From an uncultured delta proteobacterium (lineage in GTDB: Bacteria > Myxococcota_A > Polyangia > Fen-1088), in assembly GCA_963755125.1 (NCBI GenBank), contig CAVWIP010000015.1, forward strand, positions 96,001 to 160,000: DNA of 64,000 nt, read 5' to 3'. Below the pieces are notes generated by a model that saw only the letters and a program-made list of their open reading frames with translations, ran no database searches and was not told where the DNA came from. Both the position numbers and the translations under genes were made by a program. Shown piece by piece: positions 21,667 through 32,525 of the stretch; within the stretch, counting starts at the first letter, position 1; each line of letters starts with the position of its first letter.

Positions 21667-22116
21667 CTACTGCTCCTTCTTGACCACCCACACCTTGATC
21701 TTCGCCACCGTGTCGCGTCCCAGCTTGATGGGAACCTCGCTCATGCCCAGGTTGCGCAGCGGCTCGTCAAGTTGGATCTTCTTGCTGTCCACCTTGACTC
21801 CCTGCTCGGCCAGTGCCTCGGCGATGTCGCGGCTGGTGACCGACCCGTAGAGTTTGTCGCCTTCGCCCACCGCGCGGGACACCGACACCGAAACCTGCGA
21901 CAGGCGGTCTGCCTCGGAATGGAGTTCCTTGGCCAGCTTGGCGACCCGCGAGGCAATCGCGCGTTGTTCGTGGGCGAGGCGGGCTTCGTCCTTCTCGGTG
22001 GCCGGCACAGCCATGCCACGGGGAAGCAGGTAGTTGCGCCCGTAGCCGTCACGAACGCTGACCACCTCGCCAGCCTTGCCCAGGTTGTCCATGTCTTCAC
22101 GTAGGATGATTCGCAT
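21667..22116 (-). CDS. rplI: 50S ribosomal protein L9
   Basis: LGKAGEVVSVRDGYGRNYLLP; KLYGSVT. Confidence 0.97.
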   Translation of the reverse strand: MRIILREDMDNLGKAGEVVSVRDGYGRNYLLPRGMAVPATEKDEARLAHEQRAIASRVAKLAKELHSEADRLSQVSVSVSRAVGEGDKLYGSVTSRDIAEALAEQGVKVDSKKIQLDEPLRNLGMSEVPIKLGRDTVAKIKVWVVKKEQ

Positions 22117-22134
22117 GACGTCCTCCCGCGTTTC

Positions 22135-22407
22135 CTAGTTGCCGGTCACGGCAAAAGGCATGAGCGCTATCATACGGGCGCGGGACACGGCCCGGCCGAT
22201 CTCACGCTGGTGCTTGGCACAATTGCCGGTCAACCGGCGCGGCACCAATTTTCCGCGGTCGGCGATGAAGTACTTGAGCAGCCCGACATCCTTGTAGTCG
22301 ATCTTGAGGTTCTCGTCCGTGCAGAATTTGCACGCCTTGCGGCGGCCCATCTTTTTCCGCCCGGTGTCTTGCTCGAGATCGGAATCCTTCTGTTCTGGTC
22401 GTGCCAT
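22135..22407 (-). CDS. rpsR: 30S ribosomal protein S18 (Zn-binding form)
   Basis: CKFC...IDYKD...[13 protein letters not shown]. Confidence 0.97.
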   Translation of the reverse strand: MARPEQKDSDLEQDTGRKKMGRRKACKFCTDENLKIDYKDVGLLKYFIADRGKLVPRRLTGNCAKHQREIGRAVSRARMIALMPFAVTGN

Positions 22408-22410
22408 GGC

Positions 22411-22941
22411 TTAGTCTCCCCTCCGGGTAGGCTCGTCGACCTTCCCGAAAACTGCTTCTTCGAAGTCGAACGCGCCTTCCTCGTCTTCGTCACCGAAGGG
22501 CCGCGCGCCGGCCTGTCCGGTGGCGATGGCTTCCTCGTCCGGCCCGGGCACCGAGGCATTGGCAAACAACTCGTCAGTCACCTCGGAGGTGCGGGTGGCG
22601 GGGTCCACGTTCTCGGCGATCTTGACCGAGTACTGGCGAATCACGCTGTCGGTGAGGTGAAGGTTGCGCTCGATCTCCTCGACCAGGCCCGGGTTTCCCA
22701 GATAGCGAAAGAAGATGTAGATGCCCTTGAGTTGCTTCTTCACTTCGTAGGCCAGCTTGCGGCGTCCCCAGTTCTCGATCTTGAGCAGGGTGCCGCCGCC
22801 GGCCTCGAGCACGCCGCGAATCTTGCTGTTGGTCGCGCCAATGACCTCGTTGCTCACGTCCGGCTTGAGTATGAAGATGGTCTCATACTCGCGCGTTCTT
22901 CCGGGTATGTCCCGACACGATACTCGTCTCTTTTCTGCCAT
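22411..22941 (-). CDS. rpsF: 30S ribosomal protein S6 with long acidic tail
   Basis: REYETIFILKPD, WGRRKLAYEVKK. Confidence 0.96.
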   Translation of the reverse strand: MAEKRRVSCRDIPGRTREYETIFILKPDVSNEVIGATNSKIRGVLEAGGGTLLKIENWGRRKLAYEVKKQLKGIYIFFRYLGNPGLVEEIERNLHLTDSVIRQYSVKIAENVDPATRTSEVTDELFANASVPGPDEEAIATGQAGARPFGDEDEEGAFDFEEAVFGKVDEPTRRGD

Positions 22942-22997
22942 GTGTGTTCTCCCTTTGGACCTGTGTCCCGGCCGGCCAAGCCGCCGGGCAAGGAGTT
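22942..22997 (-). promoter_or_regulatory. S6:S18 ribosomal-protein leader RNA
   Basis: Minus strand ACUCCUUG-CCCGGCGGCUUGGCCGGCCGGG-ACACAGGUCCAAAGGGAG-AACACAC-AUG: CUCCUU pairs with the RBS around an inner hairpin, as in the known rpsF leader. Confidence 0.7.
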
Positions 22998-23013
22998 GGT
23001 GGAGCCAGACGCC

Positions 23014-23604
23014 CTATGCGCCCGCCTCGCTTTCATTCCTCTTGCGTTTGTTGAATGTGTTCATGGCCACCTGCAACCCACTCTTCACGATGGTTTCGGT
23101 GGCATCCGCGGCCTCGCCAATCAGATCCGGCAGCAAGCGCCGCTCGTCTTCGGCAAAATCAGCCAGCACGTAGTCGGCTGCATCCCACTGTGCCGGAGGC
23201 CGCCCGATGCCGAGGCGGACCCGGGAAAAGTCCGGCGAGCCCCACTCCTGGATGATCGACTGCAGGCCATTGTGCCCCCCGCTTCCGCCGCCGCAGCTGA
23301 GCTTGAGCCGGCCGAATGGGACGTCCAACTCGTCGTGCACGACCACGGCCTGTTCAGGCGGAATCTTCCAGAAAGCGGCCGCGCGTTGCACGGCCAGGCC
23401 GCTGCAGTTCATGAACTCCATCGGCTTGCACAAGAGCACGGACTCGCCCGCCAAGCTCGCCTCGCTCAATTCGGCCCCCAGCTTGCGGCGGAACGCAGGA
23501 GATCCCGTGCGCCGCCACAGTTCATCGAGCACCATGAAGCCCACATTGTGTCGGTTGCGTGCGTAGCGCGGTTCAGGATTGCCGAGCCCCACCAGCAGCC
23601 ACAT
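23014..23604 (-). CDS. pth: Peptidyl-tRNA hydrolase
   Basis: LVGLGNP, RHNVGF, HDELD, GGHNGL. Confidence 0.96.
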   Translation of the reverse strand: MWLLVGLGNPEPRYARNRHNVGFMVLDELWRRTGSPAFRRKLGAELSEASLAGESVLLCKPMEFMNCSGLAVQRAAAFWKIPPEQAVVVHDELDVPFGRLKLSCGGGSGGHNGLQSIIQEWGSPDFSRVRLGIGRPPAQWDAADYVLADFAEDERRLLPDLIGEAADATETIVKSGLQVAMNTFNKRKRNESEAGA

Positions 23605-23644
23605 CGCATCTGCGCTCGGCAAATCCCATCCGGGGAACGCAGGG

Positions 23645-24418
23645 TCACTTGCCCTTCTTCTCCGGCTCTTTCCTGGCTGCCGGGGCTGCCTTGGCCCCTG
23701 CCGCCGGGGCCGCCTTGGCCCCTGCTGCCGCAGGAGCGCCCGCAGCAGGAGCCGCACCCGGCGCTGCGCCCGGAGCGGCCGGAGCCGCACCCTCGGCCGG
23801 AGCCGCGCCTTCGGCCGGAACTGCGCCCGCAGCAGCTTCCTCGACCTTCTCGGCCCGCGGCGCCACCACTGACGCCAGGGCTTCCTTGGGATCCAGCATG
23901 ACCTTCACGCCTGGTGGCAGCTTGAGATCGCTGGCGTGCAAGGCGTCGCCAATCTTGAGCGCGGTCACATCCATTTCGATCTTGGTGGGGATGTCTGCCG
24001 GCTTGGCTGCGATGGGAAGATTGCGATAGCTCTGGTGCAGGTTACCACCGTCGGTCACACCCACCGGCATGCCCAGCAGATAGACGGGAATGGTCACCTT
24101 CACGGTTTCGTCCAGGCTGACGCGGATGAAGTCAACGTGCACCGGCTGTCGCGACATGGGATCGATCTGCACGTCGCGGATCATGACGGTCACATCTTCG
24201 GCCCTGCCATCACCCTGTACCGACAACACGAACACCGTGTTGCGCTGCCGGTCCTTGTCGAGCGCCTTCACCAGCGCCACCGGATCGAGCGACAGCGAGA
24301 GCGGCTGGGCCTGGTGCCCGTAGAGAATGGCGGGAAGCTTGCCCGCCGCGCGCGTCCTGTGCGCCGGCCCCTTGCCAGACAGAGTGCGAACCTCGGCGGA
24401 AACCTTGGCAAAATCCAT
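23645..24418 (-). CDS. rplY: 50S ribosomal protein L25/Ctc
   Basis: PAILYG, HVDF, C-terminal TL5 domain and Ala/Pro-rich tail. Confidence 0.93.
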   Translation of the reverse strand: MDFAKVSAEVRTLSGKGPAHRTRAAGKLPAILYGHQAQPLSLSLDPVALVKALDKDRQRNTVFVLSVQGDGRAEDVTVMIRDVQIDPMSRQPVHVDFIRVSLDETVKVTIPVYLLGMPVGVTDGGNLHQSYRNLPIAAKPADIPTKIEMDVTALKIGDALHASDLKLPPGVKVMLDPKEALASVVAPRAEKVEEAAAGAVPAEGAAPAEGAAPAAPGAAPGAAPAAGAPAAAGAKAAPAAGAKAAPAARKEPEKKGK

Positions 24419-24446
24419 GATGAGATCCTTTGTTGCTCTCGCTCGC

Positions 24447-25388
24447 TCAGATGAAGAGGGTACTCAGCGAGTCCCCCATGTGGATACGCTTGACTGCCTC
24501 TCCCAGAAGACGCGCGACGGAGAGGACCCGGACCTTGGGCGAGGCCTTGACATCGGCCCGGGCCGGGATGGAATCGGTGATGATGATTTCTTTGATGGAG
24601 CTAGCGTGGATGCGCTCCAGGGCGGGGTCTGACAGCAGGCCGTGCGTAACGCAGGCATAGACAGCGCGCGCGCCGTTCTTCATCAGTCCCTGGGCAGCGG
24701 CACACAGGGTGCCGGCGGTGTCGACCAGGTCGTCGACGATGATGGCGTCGCGGCCGTTCACGTCGCCGATGATGTTGACCAGCTCGGCCACATTGGGTGC
24801 GGGACGACGCTTGTCGATGATGGCCAGGCTGGTGTCGAGTCGCTTGGAGTAGGCCCGCGCTCGCTCGACGCCGCCGGCATCGGGCGAGACGATCACCGAA
24901 TTGCCGGGGAACTTGCTACGCAGGTAGTCCATCATCACCGGCATGGCGAAGATATGATCCACCGGGATGTTGAAGAAACCCTGAATCTGGCCCGCGTGCA
25001 GATCCATGGCCAGCACGCGATCGACGCCGGCTGCGGTCAATAGATCCGCCACCAGACGTGCCGAGATGGGCGTCCGTGGTCGGGTCTTGCGGTCCTGGCG
25101 CGCATAGCCAAAGTAGGGCATGACCGCGATGATGCTGCCAGCCGACGCCCGCTTGAGGGCGTCGATCATGACCAGCAACTCCATCAGGTTGTCGTTGACC
25201 GGCGTGCAGGTCGGCTGGATGACGAAGCAGTGGACTCCCCGGACGTTCTCGTTGATCTCGACGTCTGACTCACCGTCGGCGAAGCGCTTGACATTGGCGC
25301 GACCGATGGGGGTGTCCAGGTAGCGACACACGTCCTCCGCGATCTCGCGGTTCGCGTTGCCGCTAAATATTCTAAATGGTTTGGTCAC
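24447..25388 (-). CDS. prs: Ribose-phosphate pyrophosphokinase
   Basis: [40 protein letters not shown] start chosen. Confidence 0.97.
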   Translation of the reverse strand: MTKPFRIFSGNANREIAEDVCRYLDTPIGRANVKRFADGESDVEINENVRGVHCFVIQPTCTPVNDNLMELLVMIDALKRASAGSIIAVMPYFGYARQDRKTRPRTPISARLVADLLTAAGVDRVLAMDLHAGQIQGFFNIPVDHIFAMPVMMDYLRSKFPGNSVIVSPDAGGVERARAYSKRLDTSLAIIDKRRPAPNVAELVNIIGDVNGRDAIIVDDLVDTAGTLCAAAQGLMKNGARAVYACVTHGLLSDPALERIHASSIKEIIITDSIPARADVKASPKVRVLSVARLLGEAVKRIHMGDSLSTLFI

Positions 25389-25437
25389 TGCGCATCCTGT
25401 CCCGGGGACGGGCGACTGGCCCCCTCGGAGGGCGCGA

Positions 25438-25466
25438 ATATTGCCACCCGGGGATCCAGGTGTCAA
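25438..25466 (-). promoter_or_regulatory. Putative sigma-70 promoter of the prs operon
   Basis: TTGACA-17 nt-CAATAT on the minus strand, about 50 nt upstream of prs. Confidence 0.55.
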
Positions 25467-25625
25467 CGGATGGCTGGGATTCTGGTGCAAGGGGCTGGGA
25501 GGGAGGCGGCGACGGGTCCGTGCCGCAGGGCCCAGTCAAATTGGAGCTCATGAGGACCTCATGTCGCAACTAGGCAATGCACCCTCTCGCCGAGGCGCGG
25601 CCGCCGCCAGCCCCACCCCACTCCC

Positions 25626-28600
25626 TCATGCCGCCAACTCGGGGCTGCCTTCCCTCGGCATGCCGGCGGCCGTGGCTGCGCGCTCGGCTTCCAGATCCCT
25701 CTCGTGCGCTTTGCGGTGGTCGCGGGCGAGGAGCACGTAGATGGACGGTACGGCGAATAGTGTGAACAGCGTGCCGATCGACATTCCGCCCACCAGCACC
25801 ACGCCAATCGAATTGCGCGCCACTGCGCCCGGGCCTGTCACCAAGGTGAGAGGAAACAGCCCGGCGACGGTCGCTATTGTGGTCATCAAGATCGGACGCA
25901 GCCGCATTGCGGCCGCCGCCTGCACAGCCTCGATCTTGGACAGGCCGCGCTCTTGCTGGACGTTGGCGAATTCCACAATCAGGATGCCGTTCTTCGACAC
26001 CAAACCAACCAGGGTAACCAATCCGACCTGGGAGTAGATGTTCAGTGTCACCGTCCATCCCTGGGTCAGAGCGAAGGTCATGCCCGGCGGGCCCTGGAAT
26101 TTCAGGAAGGTGAAGATGAGCGCGCCGAACATCGCTAGGGGCGCTGACCCGGCCAGGATGACGAAGGGATCGCGGAAGGAATTGAACTGTGCGGCCAGGA
26201 CCAAGAAGATGAGCACCAGGGCAAGGGCCAACGCAGGCAGGAACTTTCCACTTTCCTGGCGAAGCTGGCGCGATTCACCGGTGTAATCGATGCGATAGCC
26301 AGGCGGGAGAATCTTGGCCGCCTCGTCTTCCAGCACGCGCAGCCCGTTTTCCAGCGAGCGCGACGGGACGCCCGAGATCTTGACGGCATTGAGCTGCTGG
26401 AAGCGGTTGAGCGTGCGCGGCTCGATTTCCTTGCGGATCTGGGCCACCGCCCCGAGTGGCACGAGCTGTCCGCGCGGCCCTGTGACGTAGATGCGCTGCA
26501 AATCGTCGGGCGTCAGTCGTCCGGCACGCTCCACCTGCGCGATCACCTTGTAGGCCCGGCCGTCGATGGTGAAACGGTTTACGTAGTGCCCGCCGAGCAT
26601 CGCCGCCAGATCGCCGCCCACCTGCTGCAGGCTGATCCCCATCGAAGCAATCTTGTCGCGGTCGAGCACGATTTCGGCCTTGGCCTGATCGATCTTCACA
26701 TCGCCGTCAGGCGGAAAAGCGAATTGGCCGCTCTGCATGGCCACAAGCTTGAGCCGGTCGGCAAAGCGCGCGATCTCTTGGTGGTCAGCGGTCGAGGCGA
26801 TCACGAACTCGACGGGCATGAGGCCCGCGCTGGGCAGGGCCGGAGGCAGGAACACCGGGGCCCGCACGCCAGCGATGTTGGCCAGCTTGAAGTTGGTCTC
26901 GTTGGCGATGGCAAAGATTTGCCGGCTGCGCTGATCCCAGGGCTTGACCAACATGCCGCCATAACCCTGGAAGGGAAAGGTGATCTGGAAGGCGTTCTCA
27001 TACTCCGGCGTCTCCTTGAAGATGCGTGTCACCTCGGCGCGGAAGGGGTCGAGCTGCTCCAGTGTGGCGTTGGGCGGCACCAGCATCGCGCCGAACACCA
27101 CCCCTTGGTCCTCATTGGGCGCAAGCTCTTTGGGCGAGAACATGTACATGGGAATTACAGCCAGGGTCAGCATGAACCACCCGACGTACGCGGCGCCGCG
27201 GGCTCGCAGTGTGGCGGCAAGCATTCGGCCGTAGATGTGCTTGAACCAATCGAAGCCGCGGTCGATGTGCCGCGGCAGCCAACCCGGCTGGTACACCGGA
27301 TTGAGCAGCTTGGAACACATCATGGGCGACAGGGTCAGCGCCACCACGCCGGAGATGAACACCGCCCCGGCCAGGGTGAAGGCGAATTCACGGAACAACG
27401 CCCCGGTGAGCCCGCCCTGAAACCCGATGGGGGCGTACACGGCGGCCAGGGTAATGGTCATGGCAATGATCGGGCGTATCAGCTCGCGCGCGCCAATGAA
27501 GGCCGCCTCCAGTCGCGAGCGTCCCTCGCGCACGTGACGTTCGCAGTTCTCGACCACGACAATGGCGTCATCCACCACCAGGCCGACAGAGAGCACAATC
27601 GCCAACAGGGTGAGCAGGTTCACTGTGAAACCTAGCACCTGCATCAGGAACACGGCGCCGACCAGCGACACGGGAATGGCGACCACCGGGACCAGCACCG
27701 TGCGCAGCGAGCCCAAGAAGAGGAAGATGACCACCATGACGATGAGCACCGTCTCGGCCAGAGTGGTGACCACCTCCTTAATGGCGCTCGTGATGTATTT
27801 CGTGGAATCGTAGGCCACGCTGGCCGTCATCCCGGTGGGCAGCTCTCTGCGGATCTGCTGCACCTCGCGGTTCACGCGGCCTATGACGTCGACGGTGTTG
27901 GCGTTGGGCAGAACCCAAACACCCATGAACACCGCACGCTTGCCGCTCATGCGCACGTCCTGGTCGTAGTTGTCGGCGCCCATGACGACATCGGCGATGT
28001 CCTGCAGGCGGATGAGCGTGCCGTTCTGCTCGCGCACCACGAGTTGGCGGAATTCGTCGACGGCGCGCAGGTCGGTCGACGCCGTCAGGTTGAGCTGGAC
28101 CAACGCGCCCTTGGTCTGGCCCACCGCTGACAATGCGTTGTTCGCGGCCAGGGCGTTGCGCACCTGCGCGGGGCTGACGTTGAGCGCTGCCATGCGGTCC
28201 GGCTTCAGCCAGGCGCGGATGGCAAAGGTGCGGCCGCCCAGGATCTCGGCGCGTTGCACGCCCTCGACGGCGGTCAGGCGCGGCTGGACGATGCGAATCA
28301 GGTAGTCGGTGACCTGATTGTCCTGCAGGATGGTCGAGCCGAAGCTCAGGTACATCGCGGCGGTCTGGGCGTCGGACGGCTGCAGGCTGATGGCCGGTAT
28401 TTCGGACTCGGGGGGCAGATCCGCCCGCACCTGGTTCACGCGCGTGCTGACATCGGCCAGGGCCTTGGCGCCGTCGAAGTTGAGCCTGAGACGCACGCTG
28501 ATGGTCGACAGGCCCTGCACGCTCTGTGATTCGATGTAGTCGATGCCGTCGGCGGCGGCGATGGCCTGCTCCAGCGGAGTGGTCACGAAACCGCGCACCA

Positions 28601-28772
28601 GATCGGCGCTGGCGCCCACGTAGACAGTGGTCACCACGATGCTCGCCGCCTCCAGCTTGGGGTACTGGCGGACGTTGAGCGAGCGGATGGCTTGCAGACC
28701 TGCAATGATGATGATCAGGCTGACCACGACCGCGAGAATCGGCCTGCGGATGAAGAGATCGACCAGCCTCAT
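25626..28772 (-). CDS. AcrB/MexW-type multidrug RND permease
   Basis: 1048 aa; GLVVDDAIVVVEN, SKNGILIVEFAN, RLRPILMT. Confidence 0.94.
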   Translation of the reverse strand: MRLVDLFIRRPILAVVVSLIIIIAGLQAIRSLNVRQYPKLEAASIVVTTVYVGASADLVRGFVTTPLEQAIAAADGIDYIESQSVQGLSTISVRLRLNFDGAKALADVSTRVNQVRADLPPESEIPAISLQPSDAQTAAMYLSFGSTILQDNQVTDYLIRIVQPRLTAVEGVQRAEILGGRTFAIRAWLKPDRMAALNVSPAQVRNALAANNALSAVGQTKGALVQLNLTASTDLRAVDEFRQLVVREQNGTLIRLQDIADVVMGADNYDQDVRMSGKRAVFMGVWVLPNANTVDVIGRVNREVQQIRRELPTGMTASVAYDSTKYITSAIKEVVTTLAETVLIVMVVIFLFLGSLRTVLVPVVAIPVSLVGAVFLMQVLGFTVNLLTLLAIVLSVGLVVDDAIVVVENCERHVREGRSRLEAAFIGARELIRPIIAMTITLAAVYAPIGFQGGLTGALFREFAFTLAGAVFISGVVALTLSPMMCSKLLNPVYQPGWLPRHIDRGFDWFKHIYGRMLAATLRARGAAYVGWFMLTLAVIPMYMFSPKELAPNEDQGVVFGAMLVPPNATLEQLDPFRAEVTRIFKETPEYENAFQITFPFQGYGGMLVKPWDQRSRQIFAIANETNFKLANIAGVRAPVFLPPALPSAGLMPVEFVIASTADHQEIARFADRLKLVAMQSGQFAFPPDGDVKIDQAKAEIVLDRDKIASMGISLQQVGGDLAAMLGGHYVNRFTIDGRAYKVIAQVERAGRLTPDDLQRIYVTGPRGQLVPLGAVAQIRKEIEPRTLNRFQQLNAVKISGVPSRSLENGLRVLEDEAAKILPPGYRIDYTGESRQLRQESGKFLPALALALVLIFLVLAAQFNSFRDPFVILAGSAPLAMFGALIFTFLKFQGPPGMTFALTQGWTVTLNIYSQVGLVTLVGLVSKNGILIVEFANVQQERGLSKIEAVQAAAAMRLRPILMTTIATVAGLFPLTLVTGPGAVARNSIGVVLVGGMSIGTLFTLFAVPSIYVLLARDHRKAHERDLEAERAATAAGMPREGSPELAA

Positions 28773-28778
28773 GGGGTT

Positions 28779-29930
28779 TCACCGATTTTCGGGGCGGGGC
28801 GCGATCTCAGGCTCGACCTTTACCGAGTTGTTCACCAGGACCGGCGCGCCATTGCGCAGCTTGAAAGCGCCTTGCGCGACGATCTCCTGGCCCTGCTTGA
28901 CGCCTTCGAGGATCTCCACGAAATCTCCGCGTGCCTCGCCGGTCTTCACGAACTGCTGGCGAGCCATTTTGGCCGGCTTGCCGTCCCGACCCATGACTAC
29001 CGCGCCTGCGTCGTCCTGGCTTTCCTCGACGGCGAAGACCGAGTCGCCGAACGAGGCGTGAATCAGCGATGTGGCCCCAACCAGGGTCACGTTTCGTTTC
29101 TGGGGCAGGACCACCGAGACGTTGACGAACATGCCGGGGCTGACCAGCCCCTCCATCTTTCGTACCGCGGCCCGGACCCGGCCGCTGCGGGTCACCGGGT
29201 CGAGCGTCGGATCGATGGCGGCGATGGCAGCTTCGGCACGCGGGCCGGGCAGGCCCTCGTTGATTCGCACCGCCATGCCCACCGCAAGCTGATCGAGCTG
29301 CTGCTGCGGGAGCGTGAAATCGACGTAATTGGCGTCGGTCGACTGCAGGTCCGTGATCGCCGTACCAGGGTTCAAGTACTGGCCGAGGTTGATGAGTCGG
29401 ATGCCCAGCCGCCCATCGAACGGAGCGCGCACCACCTTGCGGTCGATCTGCGCCTGCAGTGCGGCCGCGTTGGCGGCCGCGGATTGCAACTCGCTTTCGG
29501 CGTTGTCGAGCTGGGCTTTGGGAACCGCGTCCTCCTTGAACAGAGTGCGGGCCCGCCCGGCGGAGACACGTGCCAGGCTCAGCTGCGCCTGGGTCGAGGC
29601 CAGTTCGGCACGCTCGACCCGGCTGTCGAGTTCGACCAGGACTTGCCCGCGGCGCACCTTCTGCCCCGATTCGAACTTGATGGCGCTGACCACACCCGCT
29701 GAGTCGTTGCTCACCGTCACACCGCGCACGGGGGCGATGGTCCCCACCGAGAAGATCCTGTTCTCCCAGGTCGCCTGTTTCGCCAGACTCGTCCCCACCA
29801 CCTCAGGTGGCGGCCCCGCCGCCACGGCGGCGTGACCGTAGGCGATCAGCGACTTGATCTGGGCGAACTTCATGCCTCCCAGACCGCCGAGAAGAGCGAC
29901 GACTCCCACCACAACAATGAAGTACCTCAC
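28779..29930 (-). CDS. RND periplasmic adaptor (MexH/MexV-like)
   Basis: N-terminal TM helix, RAPFDGRLG, PGMFV; GTG start inferred. Confidence 0.9.
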   Translation of the reverse strand: MRYFIVVVGVVALLGGLGGMKFAQIKSLIAYGHAAVAAGPPPEVVGTSLAKQATWENRIFSVGTIAPVRGVTVSNDSAGVVSAIKFESGQKVRRGQVLVELDSRVERAELASTQAQLSLARVSAGRARTLFKEDAVPKAQLDNAESELQSAAANAAALQAQIDRKVVRAPFDGRLGIRLINLGQYLNPGTAITDLQSTDANYVDFTLPQQQLDQLAVGMAVRINEGLPGPRAEAAIAAIDPTLDPVTRSGRVRAAVRKMEGLVSPGMFVNVSVVLPQKRNVTLVGATSLIHASFGDSVFAVEESQDDAGAVVMGRDGKPAKMARQQFVKTGEARGDFVEILEGVKQGQEIVAQGAFKLRNGAPVLVNNSVKVEPEIAPRPENR

Positions 29931-30164
29931 GGAATTACGATGCCGCCCGCCGGGCAGGAGGCTCACACGTTCGCGCGAGCGTGGCCGTTCTGTCACACGG
30001 AGGCTCAAGCAAGAGGAGCCAAGGACGCAAAGGGCGACGCTTCCACCCCAGAGCGCCGAACGGTTTGCGTGTTTCGTAGAGCGAATCGTGGGCGTTGTAA
30101 CGGACTCACCCGGCGATGCATCAACAGCGCGGAGTTGCGGATGCACCCAGCCAAGCACACAAAG

Positions 30165-32282
30165 CTATAGCTGCGCTGACGCCAGATAGAACTTGTTGTT
30201 GCTGACGTCGACGATCTTCAGTGACGGCCGCGCGGGTTCAGGCAACATCCCTCGCAGCGAGTCGAAGCGCGTGCGCTCGACCACGAAGAAGACTCGCTTG
30301 CCCGGATTGCGTCCCAGGAAATCCTTCAAATCCTCCGCGTTGCGGTCGCCCAGGAAGATCGTGCGCTTCTCCTTGGGGCCTTCGTAGATCTCGTTCTGCG
30401 TATAGAAATTCTCACCCCGCCAGTACATCTGCCATGCGGCCAGTCGCTCATCGGGCGACCGCCGTTCCTTATAATAGGTCGCGATGAGGGGCTTTTGCGA
30501 CCAGTGGTCGGACACGTGTTTCATGTATACGTCGAGCAGGAAGTAAGTGAAGCAGACGGCGGTCAAAACCAGTGCGCCAGCGGCCACGGTTTGCAGCCGC
30601 CGCCACGCCATCAGCAGAGCAGCCAGGGAGAACAGCCCGGCAAACACCGCCAGCGCGATCCGGTAGTCAAGCTCGGGCGGCCAGGGCCGGCCCTGGGGCG
30701 TGTTGATGTAGTCGTACGAGAACAGCCAGATGAAGTGCTGGGCGTTCTTCTGGACCGCGGCCAGGTCGAAGGTCACCAGCAGCAGCAGCGGAATTCCCAC
30801 CAGTGCGGCCAGCAGCGCGAGCCTTCCCCGCGCACGGCCCAGAACATCGTCGAGGAAGCAACCCACCACGATGGCCAGGCCGGGCACGGCGGGCAAGATG
30901 TAGTGGTGGAACTTGGTCATGGACAGGGACACCACCGCGTAGCCCGCCACGAACCAGATGGCGCCGAAGCGGAGAATCTCGCGGCGCTTGGAGATGGTGG
31001 TTTCGCTGGGGGCGCCGGCCGCGCTGATCTGGCGGAACGGGCGCATCACCACCCAGGCCAGGGCCGAGGGCGCCAGCGCGATCCACGGGAACACTCCGTA
31101 GCCCAGCTCGCGGATGAAGTACTCGAACGACCCGCGATCGCCGTGCCGGCCGAGCACCAGTCGTCGCCAGTGGTTGTCACCATACAGCTCGTTCCAGAAG
31201 GGAAAACCATGGCGAATCAGCATGGCGTGGTGCCAGGGCACCGCGACCAGGGCGCAGGCCAGCAGGGCGAGCAAGAGGGCGGGCAGAAGCTGCGCGCGAT
31301 CCAAGCGCCGCCAGTTCCAGGTGAAGAGCAGATAGGCCAGGAAGACGATGACGGGCAGGCCGAGGCCGGCCAGACCCTTGGCCAGGATGGCCAGGCCGCA
31401 CAGGATGGCCGCCAGGTGAAGGTAGAATGGTGCCTTGTAGCGAGTCTTTGCCGCATACCACACGAAGACCAGAAACCCGATCGCATATGGCAACATGACC
31501 ACCGGGCCTGGGAGCTGGATATGGTGCTTGGGCCAGATGTTCCAGGGGCGTAGCTGGATGGAGTCGACCACGATCTGCGGCAGCACGGTCAAGGCCAGAA
31601 GCCCAACGGTCAGATAGAAAGACGCGTGGTGCGGCCACGAGAGCCATCCCCAGCGCCGCCGCGGCAGCTTGCGATCCTCATCGTCGAACAAGGCCAGCGC
31701 ACAGAGGGCCAGGGCAAGAGTCATGGGCCCGATGAAGGCCATGTCGGTCATGGCCTGCCGGGCCACCAGACTGAACATGGGAAAGGTGGCCAGCGCCAGC
31801 ACCGACAGCAGGCCCGCGCGGCGGCTGACGAAGCGGGAAACCGCCAGGTACACGCCCACCAGCGCCAGCAGTGACATGAGGCAGAAGGGCAGGCGCAGCG
31901 CCCACTCAGGCCGGCTGGACAGCGCGAACGTTCCGGGCGACGTGTGTGTGAGGCCGAAAACCGCCATCGACAGACTCATCAGCCAGAAGGTGAGCACCGG
32001 TTTGGACCAGAAGACATCGGGATCGATGGGTGAGCCCGGCCACCACAAGCTGATGAAGTCGCCGCGGGTGAGCATCTGACGCGCGACCTCGCCGTAGTGT
32101 GTTTCCCAGGGATCCCACAGCCCGTAGGTCCCGGCGAACGGGAGATAGAGCAGCAGCCCGAACAGGATAACCAAGACGATCACCTGTCGTTCGGAAAGGC
32201 GATCGAGCATGGCCGACCATCGGGCGCGGGCAGAGTCGGCGCCCGCGGGGGCCGATGGGTTTGTTATCTGTTCGGGTGTCAT
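30165..32282 (-). CDS. ArnT/PMT family (GT-C) membrane glycosyltransferase
   Basis: WDPWETHYGEVARQM, SKPVLTFW, LAKG, TKFHHYILP; many TM segments. Confidence 0.88.
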   Translation of the reverse strand: MTPEQITNPSAPAGADSARARWSAMLDRLSERQVIVLVILFGLLLYLPFAGTYGLWDPWETHYGEVARQMLTRGDFISLWWPGSPIDPDVFWSKPVLTFWLMSLSMAVFGLTHTSPGTFALSSRPEWALRLPFCLMSLLALVGVYLAVSRFVSRRAGLLSVLALATFPMFSLVARQAMTDMAFIGPMTLALALCALALFDDEDRKLPRRRWGWLSWPHHASFYLTVGLLALTVLPQIVVDSIQLRPWNIWPKHHIQLPGPVVMLPYAIGFLVFVWYAAKTRYKAPFYLHLAAILCGLAILAKGLAGLGLPVIVFLAYLLFTWNWRRLDRAQLLPALLLALLACALVAVPWHHAMLIRHGFPFWNELYGDNHWRRLVLGRHGDRGSFEYFIRELGYGVFPWIALAPSALAWVVMRPFRQISAAGAPSETTISKRREILRFGAIWFVAGYAVVSLSMTKFHHYILPAVPGLAIVVGCFLDDVLGRARGRLALLAALVGIPLLLLVTFDLAAVQKNAQHFIWLFSYDYINTPQGRPWPPELDYRIALAVFAGLFSLAALLMAWRRLQTVAAGALVLTAVCFTYFLLDVYMKHVSDHWSQKPLIATYYKERRSPDERLAAWQMYWRGENFYTQNEIYEGPKEKRTIFLGDRNAEDLKDFLGRNPGKRVFFVVERTRFDSLRGMLPEPARPSLKIVDVSNNKFYLASAQL

Positions 32283-32303
32283 GCGAGCGAAGGGAAGCGA
32301 AAT

Positions 32304-32525
32304 CTAGTCGCCTCGCGCACGTCTGTGAAGCACGAAGGCGGCCAAGGCGAAGATGAGAGTCGCGGCCAGGCCAGGCAGCCAGATGCGGATAAGATGGGGG
32401 AGCCAATATCGCTCGGGCGCGATGCCGGGGCTGTGCCGGCGCAGAAAATCGATCTGCGCTGCCAGATAAGTGCCCGGCAAGCTCAAGGTAGCCATTGCGG
32501 CCAGAATTCGAACCCTTCGGCTCAT
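32304..32525 (-). CDS. Small hypothetical membrane protein
   Basis: 73 aa, two hydrophobic segments, co-oriented with the glycosyltransferase. Confidence 0.45.
   Translation of the reverse strand: MSRRVRILAAMATLSLPGTYLAAQIDFLRRHSPGIAPERYWLPHLIRIWLPGLAATLIFALAAFVLHRRARGD

Noticed and set aside
19864..23901. Long plus-strand ORFs 19864..21528 and 22210..23901
   Set aside because: Antisense shadows of dnaB and the ribosomal/pth genes, expected in high-GC DNA; no motifs.
25471..25500. tRNA-Gln upstream of prs (TGGCTGGGA resembles a reversed tRNA 3' end)
   Set aside because: No T-loop or cloverleaf adjoins it.
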